This document shows, one piece after another, positions 38,954-50,385 of a stretch of DNA of 64,000 nt. The DNA comes from an uncultured Verrucomicrobiaceae bacterium. Lineage in GTDB: Bacteria; Pseudomonadota; Gammaproteobacteria; Pseudomonadales; CAMLJR01. Both the position numbers and the translations under genes were made by a program. Every line of letters starts with the position of its first letter. Position 1 is the first letter of the stretch. The stretch is from assembly GCA_964515735.1 (NCBI GenBank), contig CAZEVP010000004.1, positions 961-64,960 on the forward strand, in the 5' to 3' direction. The notes under the pieces are model-generated. The model saw only the letters and a list, made by a program, of their open reading frames with translations. It did no database searches and was not told where the DNA came from.

Positions 38954-39046
38954 TGCGATTTCTCCATTTGATATTTGCATATTGATTGTTAGCAGCATGG
39001 AAGTTAAGCGCGGGCAGCTCGGCTGCAACCTCTAACTATTTAGTAT

Positions 39047-39088
39047 GCAGACACGTCTGCTTTTCACAATTGAAGCAGACGCGTCTGT
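39047..39088. promoter_or_regulatory. Two related palindromes, GCAGAC-AC-GTCTGC and CAGACG-CGTCTG, 28 bp apart, upstream of the triad operon
   Basis: The copies are at 39047-39060 and 39076-39087 and share CAGACnCGTCTG. Each is followed by a T-run. They lie about 95-135 nt upstream of the vWA start on the minus strand. Confidence 0.4.
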
Positions 39089-39322
39089 TTATTTCGGGAA
39101 TTTGGGGATAAAGCGGAATCAGTCTGTTCATCTGGTTCCTGCGAACGGTCAATTGGATGCCCTGAAAGCCGCGCCAATACTGGGCTTGGGCAACTTTCCT
39201 TGGTTGGCCTCCAGATTAGCCAGACCTACATTTTCTGACTAGTCCGCGTCGACCGGCGGCGGGTGCCTATTTGTTTGCCGGCCAACGAACGCGATGCGTA
39301 ATTACAAGTGGCGGCGCAAACG

Positions 39323-40096
39323 CTAAATCCCCGCCGCCATGCCGCCCGTCACCCGCAGCGTTTCGCCGGTGATGAAGCGCGCCTGATCGGAGGTCAGGAA
39401 CAGCATCGCATCGACGATGTCCTGCTCCGTGCCGTCGCTCTTCATCAGCTGCATCGACTTGATTCGCGCCTTGGTCTGTTCCGGCAGCTCGGCCTGAATC
39501 GTCTCGGTCAGGATCATGCCGGGTGCGATCGCATTGACCCGGATGCCGTGCTCGCCGAGTTCGCGGGCAAAGCAGATCGTCAGGCTGGCGACGGTGAGTT
39601 TGGAGGCGCCGTAGGCACTGCCGCCAAGCAGCGCTGCCGCCGATGAGATGTTGACGATCGAGGCGCCGGCGCGATTGGCCATGAAGGGCTGTGCAGCCAC
39701 GGTGCAGGCGATCACGCCCATCACGTTGACCTCGAACAGCCGCCGCACTTTCGCCAGACCCATGTCGAGAATCGGTCGGCTGTATTCGTCGCTGTGCAGG
39801 CCGGCGTTGTTGATCAGGATGTCGATGCCGCCGTGTCGCTGCGCGACCTGCCGCATGATCTCGGCGATGCGATCGTCGTCCGCGACATTGCCGGCATACG
39901 CGGTTGCCGCGCCGCCTTCCGCGCGAATGGCCGCGGCCGCCTGTTCCGCGACTGTCTCATCGAGATCGATCAGGATGGCGTGGGCGCCCTGGCGCGACAG
40001 CGCCTCGGCAAAGGCTTTGCCGAAACCCCGGGCGGCGCCGGTGATGACGGCGACCTTGCCGGCTCTCGAGCGATTGTCTGTCGCTGCTTCGGCCAC
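39323..40096 (-). CDS. Short-chain dehydrogenase/reductase (SDR)
   Basis: It has GKVAVITGAARGFGKAF, NNAG, and YGASK (YxxxK). The GTG start at 40096 has GGGAGAA upstream. The track ORF N-extension is low-complexity. Confidence 0.85.
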   Translation of the reverse strand: MAEAATDNRSRAGKVAVITGAARGFGKAFAEALSRQGAHAILIDLDETVAEQAAAAIRAEGGAATAYAGNVADDDRIAEIMRQVAQRHGGIDILINNAGLHSDEYSRPILDMGLAKVRRLFEVNVMGVIACTVAAQPFMANRAGASIVNISSAAALLGGSAYGASKLTVASLTICFARELGEHGIRVNAIAPGMILTETIQAELPEQTKARIKSMQLMKSDGTEQDIVDAMLFLTSDQARFITGETLRVTGGMAAGI

Positions 40097-40214
40097 GTTG
40101 TTCTCCCGTCGCTGGTCGGTGCGACTGGCAGGTGATCGAGGAGTGGTGCGGGCGAGTTTGGTGGGAGCCTCCTCGGAGACGGGTGTCTCCGAGGAGGGCC
40201 GTTGCCGACTGAAA

Positions 40215-42442
<2,228 letters not shown>

Positions 42443-42627
42443 GTTCTACTCCTCGCTGAAAATGGATTGCGGCGCCCGGGCGGCAGCCAGATCGGTGCGC
42501 CCGTCGAGACTGCGCGCCGGCAGCAACCCTTCCAGTGGGTTCATGCCGGGGCAGAGATCAGAAAAAGCGCCCAAGGATACCATTCGCGCGAGTCCGTTGG
42601 CTTGCCCCGGCCGGCTGGCGGCCGGGC

Positions 42628-45600
42628 TCACGACTGCATGATCTTCAGCGGTTGTACGTCAATGTCGGTGCCGCGCGGCGACTCGAACGCCGCCAGCAGC
42701 GACGCCAGCTGTTGCCGGTACTGCGCCACCGACGCCTCCTTGACCGGGCCGTAACCGGCGATCTCGCGGGCGGCCGCAGCGATCTCGATGCCGGTCGCGA
42801 GGTTGTCGGCGTCGAGGCGGTCGACGAGGCCGTCGATCAGCGCGCGGTACTCGTCGATCAGTCGCCGCTCCATCCGGCGCTCGGCGAAGTAGCCGAACGG
42901 ATCGAACGGTGTGCCGCGCAGCACCTTCAGCGGTGCCAGCAGCCTGAATGCCGTCAGCATCCACGGGCCGAAACTGCGTTTCTTCGGTCGCCCGGTGGCC
43001 TCGTCCTGACCCGGCAGCATCGGCGGTGCGAGGTTGAAGCTCATCCGGAAGTCACCGGCGAACTGCTCGCGGATGCGCTGCATGAAGGCCGGATCGCTGT
43101 AGAGGCGAGCCACTTCGTACTCGTCCTTGTAGGCCATCAGCCGGCCCAGCGTCAGCGCCGCCTGACGCACGAACTCGTCGCCGCCGTCCAGTTTCAGTGC
43201 CTTGACGTGCGCGTTAACGCCATCGACGAAGGTGCGATAGGTCTCGGCGTAACGCGGGTTCTGATAGGCGGTCAGCAGCCGGGTGCGGCTGGCGACCACC
43301 TGCTCCACGGTGTCGAGCGCGACCGGTTCCGGCTGGTCGTCGCGCGCCAGCTCGGCGGCCAGCGCGGCCGGGTCGTGCGCCGCCAGCCGGCCGAGCGCGA
43401 AGGTGCGCAGGTTGCCGGCGACGAAGGTGCCGTTGAGGCGGATCGCCTCTTCGATTGATGCGACCGTCAACGGCAGCAGTCCCTTCTGCGCGGCATAGCC
43501 GAGCATCAGGATGTTGGTGCCGATCGAATCGCCGGTCAGGTCGGTGGCGAGCTTGCTGGCGTGCAGGTCGAAGGCCGGGCCGCCGTCGATGGCGGCGAGA
43601 ATCGCCGCGCGCAGCCGCGCCTCGCCGAGATCGAGGTACTTGTTGGACTGGAACTCGCCGGTCGGCGCCACGTCGTTGTTCATGATGGCGGCGGTGTGGC
43701 CGGGGCGGACCGTCTTCAGCACGGTCTGGCCGGAGCCGACGATCATGTCGCAGGCGATCAGCACATCGGTCATGCCCTCGCCGAGACGCGACGAGTGGAT
43801 CGCGCCGGGGCTCGTGCCGATGCGGATGTGGCTGGTGACGGCGCCGCCTTTCTGCGCCATGCCGGTCATGTCGAGGATGGTGGCGCCCTTGTGGTCGAGG
43901 TGGGCGGCCATGCCGAGCAGCGCGCCGATGGTCAGCACGCCGGTGCCGCCGATGCCGGCGACCAGGATGTTGAAGCCCTGCTCGCCGAGCGGCGCCAGTG
44001 CCGGTTGCGGCAGGCCGTCGATCAGCCGCTGCAGTCGCTCCTTGTCGCCGCTCGAACGTACCGCGATCTTCGCCCCCTCGATGGTGACGAACGACGGACA
44101 GAAGCCCTTCACGCAGCTGTAGTCCTTGTTGCAGGTCGACTGGTCGATCTTGCGCTTGCGGCCGAACTCGGTCTCCAGCGGCAGGATGCTGATGCAGTTC
44201 GACTGCACCGAGCAGTCGCTGCAGCCCTCGCAGACGGCCGGGTTGATGAACAGGCGCTTGTCGGGGTCGGGCATCAGCCCGCGCTTGCGGCGGCGTCGCT
44301 TCTCGGTGGCGCAGGTCTGCTCGTAGACGATGCCGGTGACGCCCTTCATCTCGCGCAGCTGGCGTTGCAGCTGGTCGAGTTCGTCGCGGTGGTGCAGCTC
44401 GGCGTTGTGCGGCAGGGCGATGCCGCGGTACTGCTCCGGGTTGTCCGACACCAGATAGACCGGCCGCACGCCTTCGGAGAGCAGCTGGTTGACCATGTCG
44501 ATCGGCGTGATCTGCTGCTCGACCGGCTGGCCGCCGGTCATCGCCACGGCGTCGTTGTAGAGCACCTTGTAGGTGATGTTGGCCTTGGCGGCGACGGCGG
44601 CGCGGATCGCCAGCACACCGGAGTGCGAGTAGGTGCCATCGCCCATGTTCTGGAACATGTGCGGCGTGTCGACGAACTGGCCGACCGAGACCCACGGCGA
44701 GCCCTCGTGGCCCATCGGCACGAACTGCATCGTGTTGCGGTCCATCACCACGGCGGCGAGACCGTGGCAGCCGATGCCGCCCATCGCGCGCGAGCCGTCT
44801 GGCAGTCGGGTCGAGGTGTTGTGCGGGCAACCGGAGCAGAAGTAGGCCGGGCGCGCGGTGCTGCTGCCGAGCGTCAGCGCGCGGTTCTCCAGCCGCTCGA
44901 ATTCGGCATGTCTCTCGTTGACGTTCGCGTCACGGATGCCGAGCTGGTCGAGCAGCCGCTTGATCGCCTTGCGGATCTTGCCGGCGTTCAGCTCGCCGAC
45001 CGACGACACCAGCGATGCGCCCTGCAGATCCTGCTTGCCGGCGATGGCCGGGCGCTGCGCCGCGTCGAGGCCGTAGAGGAAGCGGGCGACCTGCTCTTCC
45101 ATCACCGGCCGTTTCTCCTCGATCACCAGCACCGCCTGACTGCCGGCGGCGAAGCGGGTCAGGCCGACCGGGTCCATCGGCCAGATCAGGCCGGGCTTGT
45201 AGAGGCGGATGCCGAGGCGCTGGCAGGCCGCTTCGTCGAGACCGAGGTCGGCCAGTGCCTGCCGGGTGTCGAGGAAGGCCTTGCCGGCGCTGACGATCGA
45301 CAGCGCGCGGCGCTCGCCGTCGATGACGACGCGATCGATGCCGTTGGCGCGGGCGAAGGCGGTGGCGGCCGGCAGCCGGTGGTTGACCAGCCACTCCTCC
45401 TCGACCAGTGCCGGCAGGTTCTCGCGCAGGTTCAGCCCTTCCGACGGCAGTTCGATGTCGGTCGGCGTGACGTAGGGGCGCATCGGGTCCGGCAGTTCGA
45501 CGCAGGCGGTCAGGTCGAGCGTGTCGGTGATGGTCTTGAGGCCGACGTAGCAGCCGCTGTAGCGCGACATCGCCCAGCCGAACAGGCCGAATTCGATGAT

Positions 45601-46146
45601 CTCGCCGATCGTGGCCGGGTACAGCATCGGCACCATCGCCGCGATCAGCGTGTGTTCCGACTGGTGCGCCGAGTCCGACGATTTGCCGCCGTGGTCGTCG
45701 CCGGCGACGATCAGGAAACCGCCCCTGGCCGACGCGCCCTCCAGATTGCCGAGCTTCATCGATTCGCAGGCGCGGTCGACGCCGATGCCCTTGCCGTACC
45801 AGAGGCCGAAGATGCCCTCGTACTCCGACTTGCCGAACCAGTCGAGCTGCTGCGTGCCGCGAATGGCGCTGACCGCCAGCTCCTCGTTCAGCCCGGCCCG
45901 GAACACGATGTCGTGCTGGTCCAGCAGTTTCTGCGCGCCCCACAGCGCCGAGTCGTAGACGCCGAGCGGCGAGCCGCGATAGCCGGAGATGTAGCAGGCG
46001 GTCTTCAGGCCCAGGGCGCGGTCGCGCCGCGCCTGGTCGAGCGGCAGCCGTACCAGCGCCTGGTTCGAGTTCATGAAGACCTGCCCGCGGGGCTGCAGGT
46101 ACTTGTCGTCGAGCGTCGTGGTGGAACCGGGTACGGACTTCGTCAT
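42628..46146 (-). CDS. Indolepyruvate:ferredoxin oxidoreductase-family protein (fused alpha/beta, 2-oxoacid oxidoreductase)
   Basis: The 1172-aa product has the N-terminal LDDKY...NSNQALVRLPLDQARRDRALGLKTACYISGYRGSPLG, the TPP-domain GIGCHG, and a 4Fe-4S cluster motif CEGCSDCSVQSNC. Confidence 0.88.
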   Translation of the reverse strand: MTKSVPGSTTTLDDKYLQPRGQVFMNSNQALVRLPLDQARRDRALGLKTACYISGYRGSPLGVYDSALWGAQKLLDQHDIVFRAGLNEELAVSAIRGTQQLDWFGKSEYEGIFGLWYGKGIGVDRACESMKLGNLEGASARGGFLIVAGDDHGGKSSDSAHQSEHTLIAAMVPMLYPATIGEIIEFGLFGWAMSRYSGCYVGLKTITDTLDLTACVELPDPMRPYVTPTDIELPSEGLNLRENLPALVEEEWLVNHRLPAATAFARANGIDRVVIDGERRALSIVSAGKAFLDTRQALADLGLDEAACQRLGIRLYKPGLIWPMDPVGLTRFAAGSQAVLVIEEKRPVMEEQVARFLYGLDAAQRPAIAGKQDLQGASLVSSVGELNAGKIRKAIKRLLDQLGIRDANVNERHAEFERLENRALTLGSSTARPAYFCSGCPHNTSTRLPDGSRAMGGIGCHGLAAVVMDRNTMQFVPMGHEGSPWVSVGQFVDTPHMFQNMGDGTYSHSGVLAIRAAVAAKANITYKVLYNDAVAMTGGQPVEQQITPIDMVNQLLSEGVRPVYLVSDNPEQYRGIALPHNAELHHRDELDQLQRQLREMKGVTGIVYEQTCATEKRRRRKRGLMPDPDKRLFINPAVCEGCSDCSVQSNCISILPLETEFGRKRKIDQSTCNKDYSCVKGFCPSFVTIEGAKIAVRSSGDKERLQRLIDGLPQPALAPLGEQGFNILVAGIGGTGVLTIGALLGMAAHLDHKGATILDMTGMAQKGGAVTSHIRIGTSPGAIHSSRLGEGMTDVLIACDMIVGSGQTVLKTVRPGHTAAIMNNDVAPTGEFQSNKYLDLGEARLRAAILAAIDGGPAFDLHASKLATDLTGDSIGTNILMLGYAAQKGLLPLTVASIEEAIRLNGTFVAGNLRTFALGRLAAHDPAALAAELARDDQPEPVALDTVEQVVASRTRLLTAYQNPRYAETYRTFVDGVNAHVKALKLDGGDEFVRQAALTLGRLMAYKDEYEVARLYSDPAFMQRIREQFAGDFRMSFNLAPPMLPGQDEATGRPKKRSFGPWMLTAFRLLAPLKVLRGTPFDPFGYFAERRMERRLIDEYRALIDGLVDRLDADNLATGIEIAAAAREIAGYGPVKEASVAQYRQQLASLLAAFESPRGTDIDVQPLKIMQS

Positions 46147-46195
46147 TGGCGCGGTCAGGTCAGGTAGTGGTGTCAGGTCATTCGGTGGGCAATTT

Positions 46196-46289
46196 CTCCC
46201 CTCTCCCTTCAGGGAGAGGGGGCAGGGGAGAGGGTGATTCCCGTGCGAACTTCCCCTCTCCCTGGCCCTCTCCCTGAAGGGAGAGGGGG
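46196..46289. repeat. REP-like bipartite palindromic element, copy C
   Basis: CCCCTCTCCC-TTCA-GGGAGAGGGG (46198-46221) is followed by CAGGGGAGAGGG. The mirrored unit is CCCTCTCCC-TGAA-GGGAGAGGG (46266-46287). The architecture matches copy A. Confidence 0.85.
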
Positions 46290-46302
46290 CTTCAACCGGC
46301 AG

Positions 46303-46770
46303 TCAGCGGCGTAATTTGTCGAGCGGGAAGTCGCAGTTTTCCTGCGTCTGCTGGATCTCGATCAGGTTGCCCTCGGGGTCGCGGCCGTAGAGGGTCTTGA
46401 CGTGGCCGACGTCGATCGGCGCCGGCTCGCTGAAGGTCATGCCGAGCCCCTTCAGACGTTCGTACTCGTAGTCGATCTCGGTGACGTCGACGCAGAAGTG
46501 GGTGTAGCCCTTGTCGTACGGATTCAGCGGTTTCGTCACCGCTGGTGCCGGCGCGCTGTACTGGAACATCTCGATGTAGCAGGTGCCGGCGCGCAGCATG
46601 GCGCCGCGGGCGGCAGAGCCGGGCACGTCGACGATGCGGTCGATGAACTCGTCGTTCTGCCAGCTGAACGGCTCGCCGACCACCTCGAAGCCGAACGCCT
46701 CGTTGTAGAACCGGATCATTCGATCCATGTCGTGGACGTGAATCGCGAAGTGATGAACGCCTCTTATCAT
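46303..46770 (-). CDS. VOC-family protein (glyoxalase/bleomycin-resistance/dioxygenase superfamily)
   Basis: It has MIRGVHHFAIHVHDMDRMIRFYNEAFGFEVV...YTHFCVDV...DPEGNLIEI. The start is at M103 of the track ORF (AAGGGGA upstream), giving 155 aa. Confidence 0.8.
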   Translation of the reverse strand: MIRGVHHFAIHVHDMDRMIRFYNEAFGFEVVGEPFSWQNDEFIDRIVDVPGSAARGAMLRAGTCYIEMFQYSAPAPAVTKPLNPYDKGYTHFCVDVTEIDYEYERLKGLGMTFSEPAPIDVGHVKTLYGRDPEGNLIEIQQTQENCDFPLDKLRR

Positions 46771-46984
46771 GGTTTTCGTCCCCTTGTTCTGCTGAACCGT
46801 TCTGTTGACGGCAGGGTGGTCACGGTCTTTGGTCGGTGGAGTGTAACCGAGCGGTTTGGTGGGAATAGGGGGGTGGCAGGGGCAGGCAAGTCTGTCTGCG
46901 CCTCTGGTCATTTGATGTGCGGGCGGCAGGCGCATAATGGCTGCCATTACAAGACCGTGAGCAGAACTGGGAGGGTTCAGTTCG

Positions 46985-48250
46985 ATGCATAAAACATTGA
47001 TTGTCGGGGCAAAGATCTTCGACGGCAGCGGCTCGGCCCCGTTCGACGGCGATCTGCTGGTCGAGGGCAATCGCATCCGGGCGGTGTCGAAGGGCAGCAG
47101 CCGGCTCTCCGCCGACGGCGCGCTGGTGGTTCAGGCCGGCGGCCGCTTCCTGATGCCGGGCATGACCGAGGGCCACGGCCACCTGTCGTTCGACAACGTC
47201 ACCGCCACCGAGGATCTGATGTCGCCGCCGCCGGAGGAGCACACGCTGCTGACCGCGCGTGTCGCCGAGCGGATGCTCGATCAGGGCTTCACCAGCATCT
47301 GGGGCGCCTCCGAGGCCAAGCTGCGGCTCGGCGTCGCCGTGCGCAACGAGATCAACGCCGGCCGCCTCAAAGGCCCGCGCATCCGCGCCGGCTCGCTGGA
47401 GATCACCGTCACCGGCGGCATGGGCGACGAGAACCGCCTGCACAACACCCGCAACGTCAACAACGTCTCGCCAGCGATGGTGGTCGACGGCCCGGAGGAG
47501 ATGCGCAAGGCGGTGCGGCTGTTCTGCCGCGAGGGCTGCGACAACATCAAGCTCGACGTCTCCGGCGACCCGTTCTACCCGAACACGCCGGCGCATTCGA
47601 CGCCGATGTCGTATGACGAAATCAGGATGGCGGTGGACGTGGCCCACAGCTTCGGCCGCCGCGTCAACGCCCACACGCGCTCGATTCAGGGCACGCAGGA
47701 CTGCCTGCGCGCCGGTGTCGACGTGCTGTACCACTGCGAATTCACCGACGAGAAGACGCTCGACATGTTCGAGGCGCGCAAGGACAACGTCTTCGTCGCG
47801 CCGACGGTGGGCCTGTTCCACACGTTGCTGCACGAGGCCGAGCCTTACATGTCGGCCGAGGTGGCGAAGATGATGGGCATCGACCGGCTGCTCGAGGCGT
47901 CTTCGGAGACGCACAGCGCGCTGCGCAAGCGCGGCATCCGCCACCTGATCGGCGGCGACTACGGTTTCGCCTGGAGCCACAACGGCACCAACGCGCGCGA
48001 CGTCGGTTTCTTCGTCAAGTACTTCGGCTACACGCCGGCGGAAGCATTGCGCTGCGCCACCGCCAACGGCGGTGCGGCGATGACGATCGACAGCGGCGAC
48101 AAGCTGGGTGAATTGAAAGAGGGATATCTGGCAGACATGGTGCTGGTCGACGGCGATCCGCTGGCCGATCCCGACCTGCTGGTCGATGCCAGGCGGCTGC
48201 TGCTGATCATGAAGGATGGCCAGTTGCACAAGAACACGACCGCGGCTTGA
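46985..48250 (+). CDS. Amidohydrolase-family metal-dependent hydrolase
   Basis: It has IVGAKIFDG...LMPGMTEGHGHL (HxH metal motif), later NAHT, and the C-terminal GYLADMVLVDGDPL. Confidence 0.82.
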   Translation: MHKTLIVGAKIFDGSGSAPFDGDLLVEGNRIRAVSKGSSRLSADGALVVQAGGRFLMPGMTEGHGHLSFDNVTATEDLMSPPPEEHTLLTARVAERMLDQGFTSIWGASEAKLRLGVAVRNEINAGRLKGPRIRAGSLEITVTGGMGDENRLHNTRNVNNVSPAMVVDGPEEMRKAVRLFCREGCDNIKLDVSGDPFYPNTPAHSTPMSYDEIRMAVDVAHSFGRRVNAHTRSIQGTQDCLRAGVDVLYHCEFTDEKTLDMFEARKDNVFVAPTVGLFHTLLHEAEPYMSAEVAKMMGIDRLLEASSETHSALRKRGIRHLIGGDYGFAWSHNGTNARDVGFFVKYFGYTPAEALRCATANGGAAMTIDSGDKLGELKEGYLADMVLVDGDPLADPDLLVDARRLLLIMKDGQLHKNTTAA

Positions 48251-48331
48251 TGCGATTTTTCGTCATTCTGCGCGAGGAATGACGGATACCAGATTCAGAG
48301 CTTTTTAAGAGATTGAGCTTGGAGAATGCCG

Positions 48332-49720
48332 ATGAACGCTGAACTGAAATTGAAGAAAGGCGAAGCACGCTGCCCGAATGCGCCGACCACGCAGGAGATC
48401 ATCGCCAGCGACAAGGTCAAGGCGCCCGGCTGGGTCTGCTCCGAGTCCTACCAGTTCCTCGGCGACGAGGACGTTTCGAAGGATCGCTACATCGATCCGG
48501 AATTTTCCAAACGCGAATACGAGAAGCTGTGGACCCGCACCTGGCAGTTCGCCTGCCGCGAGGAGCACATCCCGGAAGTGGGTGACTACCACGTCTACGA
48601 TCTCGGCCCCTACTCGTTCATCGTCACCCGTGTCGCCGACGACGACATCCGCGCCTACTACAACGCCTGCCTGCACCGCGGCACCAAGCTGCGCGCCTCC
48701 GGCACCGAGGGCAACACTCCCGAGTTCAAGTGCAGCTTCCACGGCTGGACCTGGAACCTCGACGGCTCGCACAAGGAGACGCTCTGTCACTGGGACTTCC
48801 CGCACGTCGACCCGGAGAGGTACTCGCTGCCGCAGGCGAAGGTAGAGACGCTCGGCGGCTTCGTCTTCATCAACATGGACCCGAACGCACCGACGCTCGA
48901 AGAGTATTTCGGCGCCGAGGCGATGGCGCACTTCAAGTCGTGGGGTCTGGAGAATCGCTACATCTATCTGCACGTGAAGAAGCGCATCCCGTCCAACTGG
49001 AAGCTGAACGTCGAGGCCTTCATGGAGGCCTACCACGTGCTCGACACGCACCCGCAGGTGTCGGTGTCGAATGCCGACGTCAACTCGCAGTACGACGTCT
49101 ACGGCGATCACGTCAACCGCTTCATCTCGCCGCTCGGCGTGCTCTCGCCGAACCTGCAGGGGCAGTACACCGATCAGGACGTGCTCGACCAGTTCACGAT
49201 CGGCGACGCCGACGCGCTCGGCGACGCCCGGCGCATCCTGCAGGAGGGCGAGACGCCGCGGCAGGTGATGGCCGATACCTTCCGCGAGATGTTCGAGAAG
49301 GCGACCAACTCCGACCTGAGCAAGGTCTCCGATTCGGAGCTGCTCGACTGCTTCTCGTACACGCTGTTCCCGAACACCTTCCTGTTCCCGGGCATCTCGC
49401 TGCCGATGGTCTATCGTTTCCGCCCCGATCCGAGGGATCACCGCGGCAGCCTGTACGAAGTGTTCTTCCTGCGGCCGGTGCCGAAGGATGGCAAGCGCCC
49501 GTACCCGGCCGAGCCGATCCAGCTGGAAGATCATCAGTCGTTCACCGAGGCCGAGGGGATGCCGCCGGGCTTCGGCGCCATCCTCGATCAGGACACCGAG
49601 AACCTGATCCTGCAGCAGCAGGGGCTGGAGGCCAGCGCCAAGCAGGGGCTGACGCTGGCGAACTATCAGGAGATCCGCATCCGTCACTTCGAGCGCGCGG
49701 TCGACAAGTACGTCCGCTGA
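48332..49720 (+). CDS. Rieske [2Fe-2S] non-heme-iron oxygenase, alpha (catalytic) subunit
   Basis: The Rieske motif is CLHRGTKL...CSFHGWTWNLDG. The downstream mononuclear-iron region is EAYHVLDTH. No beta-subunit gene is adjacent. I prefer the second ATG (48332) for SD spacing. Confidence 0.85.
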   Translation: MNAELKLKKGEARCPNAPTTQEIIASDKVKAPGWVCSESYQFLGDEDVSKDRYIDPEFSKREYEKLWTRTWQFACREEHIPEVGDYHVYDLGPYSFIVTRVADDDIRAYYNACLHRGTKLRASGTEGNTPEFKCSFHGWTWNLDGSHKETLCHWDFPHVDPERYSLPQAKVETLGGFVFINMDPNAPTLEEYFGAEAMAHFKSWGLENRYIYLHVKKRIPSNWKLNVEAFMEAYHVLDTHPQVSVSNADVNSQYDVYGDHVNRFISPLGVLSPNLQGQYTDQDVLDQFTIGDADALGDARRILQEGETPRQVMADTFREMFEKATNSDLSKVSDSELLDCFSYTLFPNTFLFPGISLPMVYRFRPDPRDHRGSLYEVFFLRPVPKDGKRPYPAEPIQLEDHQSFTEAEGMPPGFGAILDQDTENLILQQQGLEASAKQGLTLANYQEIRIRHFERAVDKYVR

Positions 49721-49968
49721 TCGTCGCGACCGATGCAGCTGCTGTAACCGATGTACCCGCATGGCCGGCCTCACGCCGGCCTTGCCGTTTGTGGAAAGCC
49801 CGCCGCGGCGGGTGTTCGAGTGCGCGCGCCGGCCGGTCGGCGACCGGGGCTTTATTCCCCCGGTCGATGATGGTTGAATAGCGCGCTTTCTGAGAATTTC
49901 GGGCCGTTTGCGCCATTTCAGCGCAGTTTCTGCGCAACTCTGCCCGAGCAACTCCGAAGGTATTTACG

Positions 49969-50280
49969 TTGGCGAGTGAATTCACGCGCTTCTGCGAAAT
50001 CTCCGAGCTTCCGCCGGAGTCGAAGAAGGCGGCCAAGATCAATGGCACCTGGGTGCTGGTCTGCCACACCGATGAGCGGCTTTTCGCGGTGTCGAACGTC
50101 TGTTCGCACCAGGTCAAGCCGCTGCTGATGGGGCGGATGCGCAACTGTGCGATCACCTGTCCCGTGCACGGTGCGAAGTTCAACCTCGAAACCGGCGAGG
50201 CGATGTGCCTGCCGGCCACCAAGCCGATCGCCACCTACGAGGTGCGCGTCGTGGACGGCTGGGTCGAGGTCAGGGTGTAG
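49969..50280 (+). CDS. Rieske-type [2Fe-2S] ferredoxin component
   Basis: It has CSHQVKPL...CPVHGAKFNLETG. No in-frame ATG lies near the N-terminus, so a TTG start at 49969 is assumed. Confidence 0.7.
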   Translation: MASEFTRFCEISELPPESKKAAKINGTWVLVCHTDERLFAVSNVCSHQVKPLLMGRMRNCAITCPVHGAKFNLETGEAMCLPATKPIATYEVRVVDGWVEVRV

Positions 50281-50385
50281 ATCGATCGGGCCACTCGCCG
50301 GATAGAGCCGCGGACCTGCCGACGTTTCCACCGTGAAACGTCGGCGGCGGGTCCGGGCGCCACTTCTCAGTTGTAGGACTACCCG

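Noticed and set aside
39045-39242. A 65-aa plus-strand ORF divergent from the triad operon.
   Set aside because: It has no SD sequence, and its ATG sits inside the first palindrome. The sequence is AT-rich, non-coding-looking DNA with no recognisable motif. I cannot fully exclude a small protein.
46303-46770. The VOC-family gene as the ring-cleaving extradiol dioxygenase of a steroid or aromatic pathway.
   Set aside because: At 155 aa it is a single two-module VOC unit, much shorter than type I extradiol dioxygenases. I could not identify conserved extradiol active-site residues by eye.
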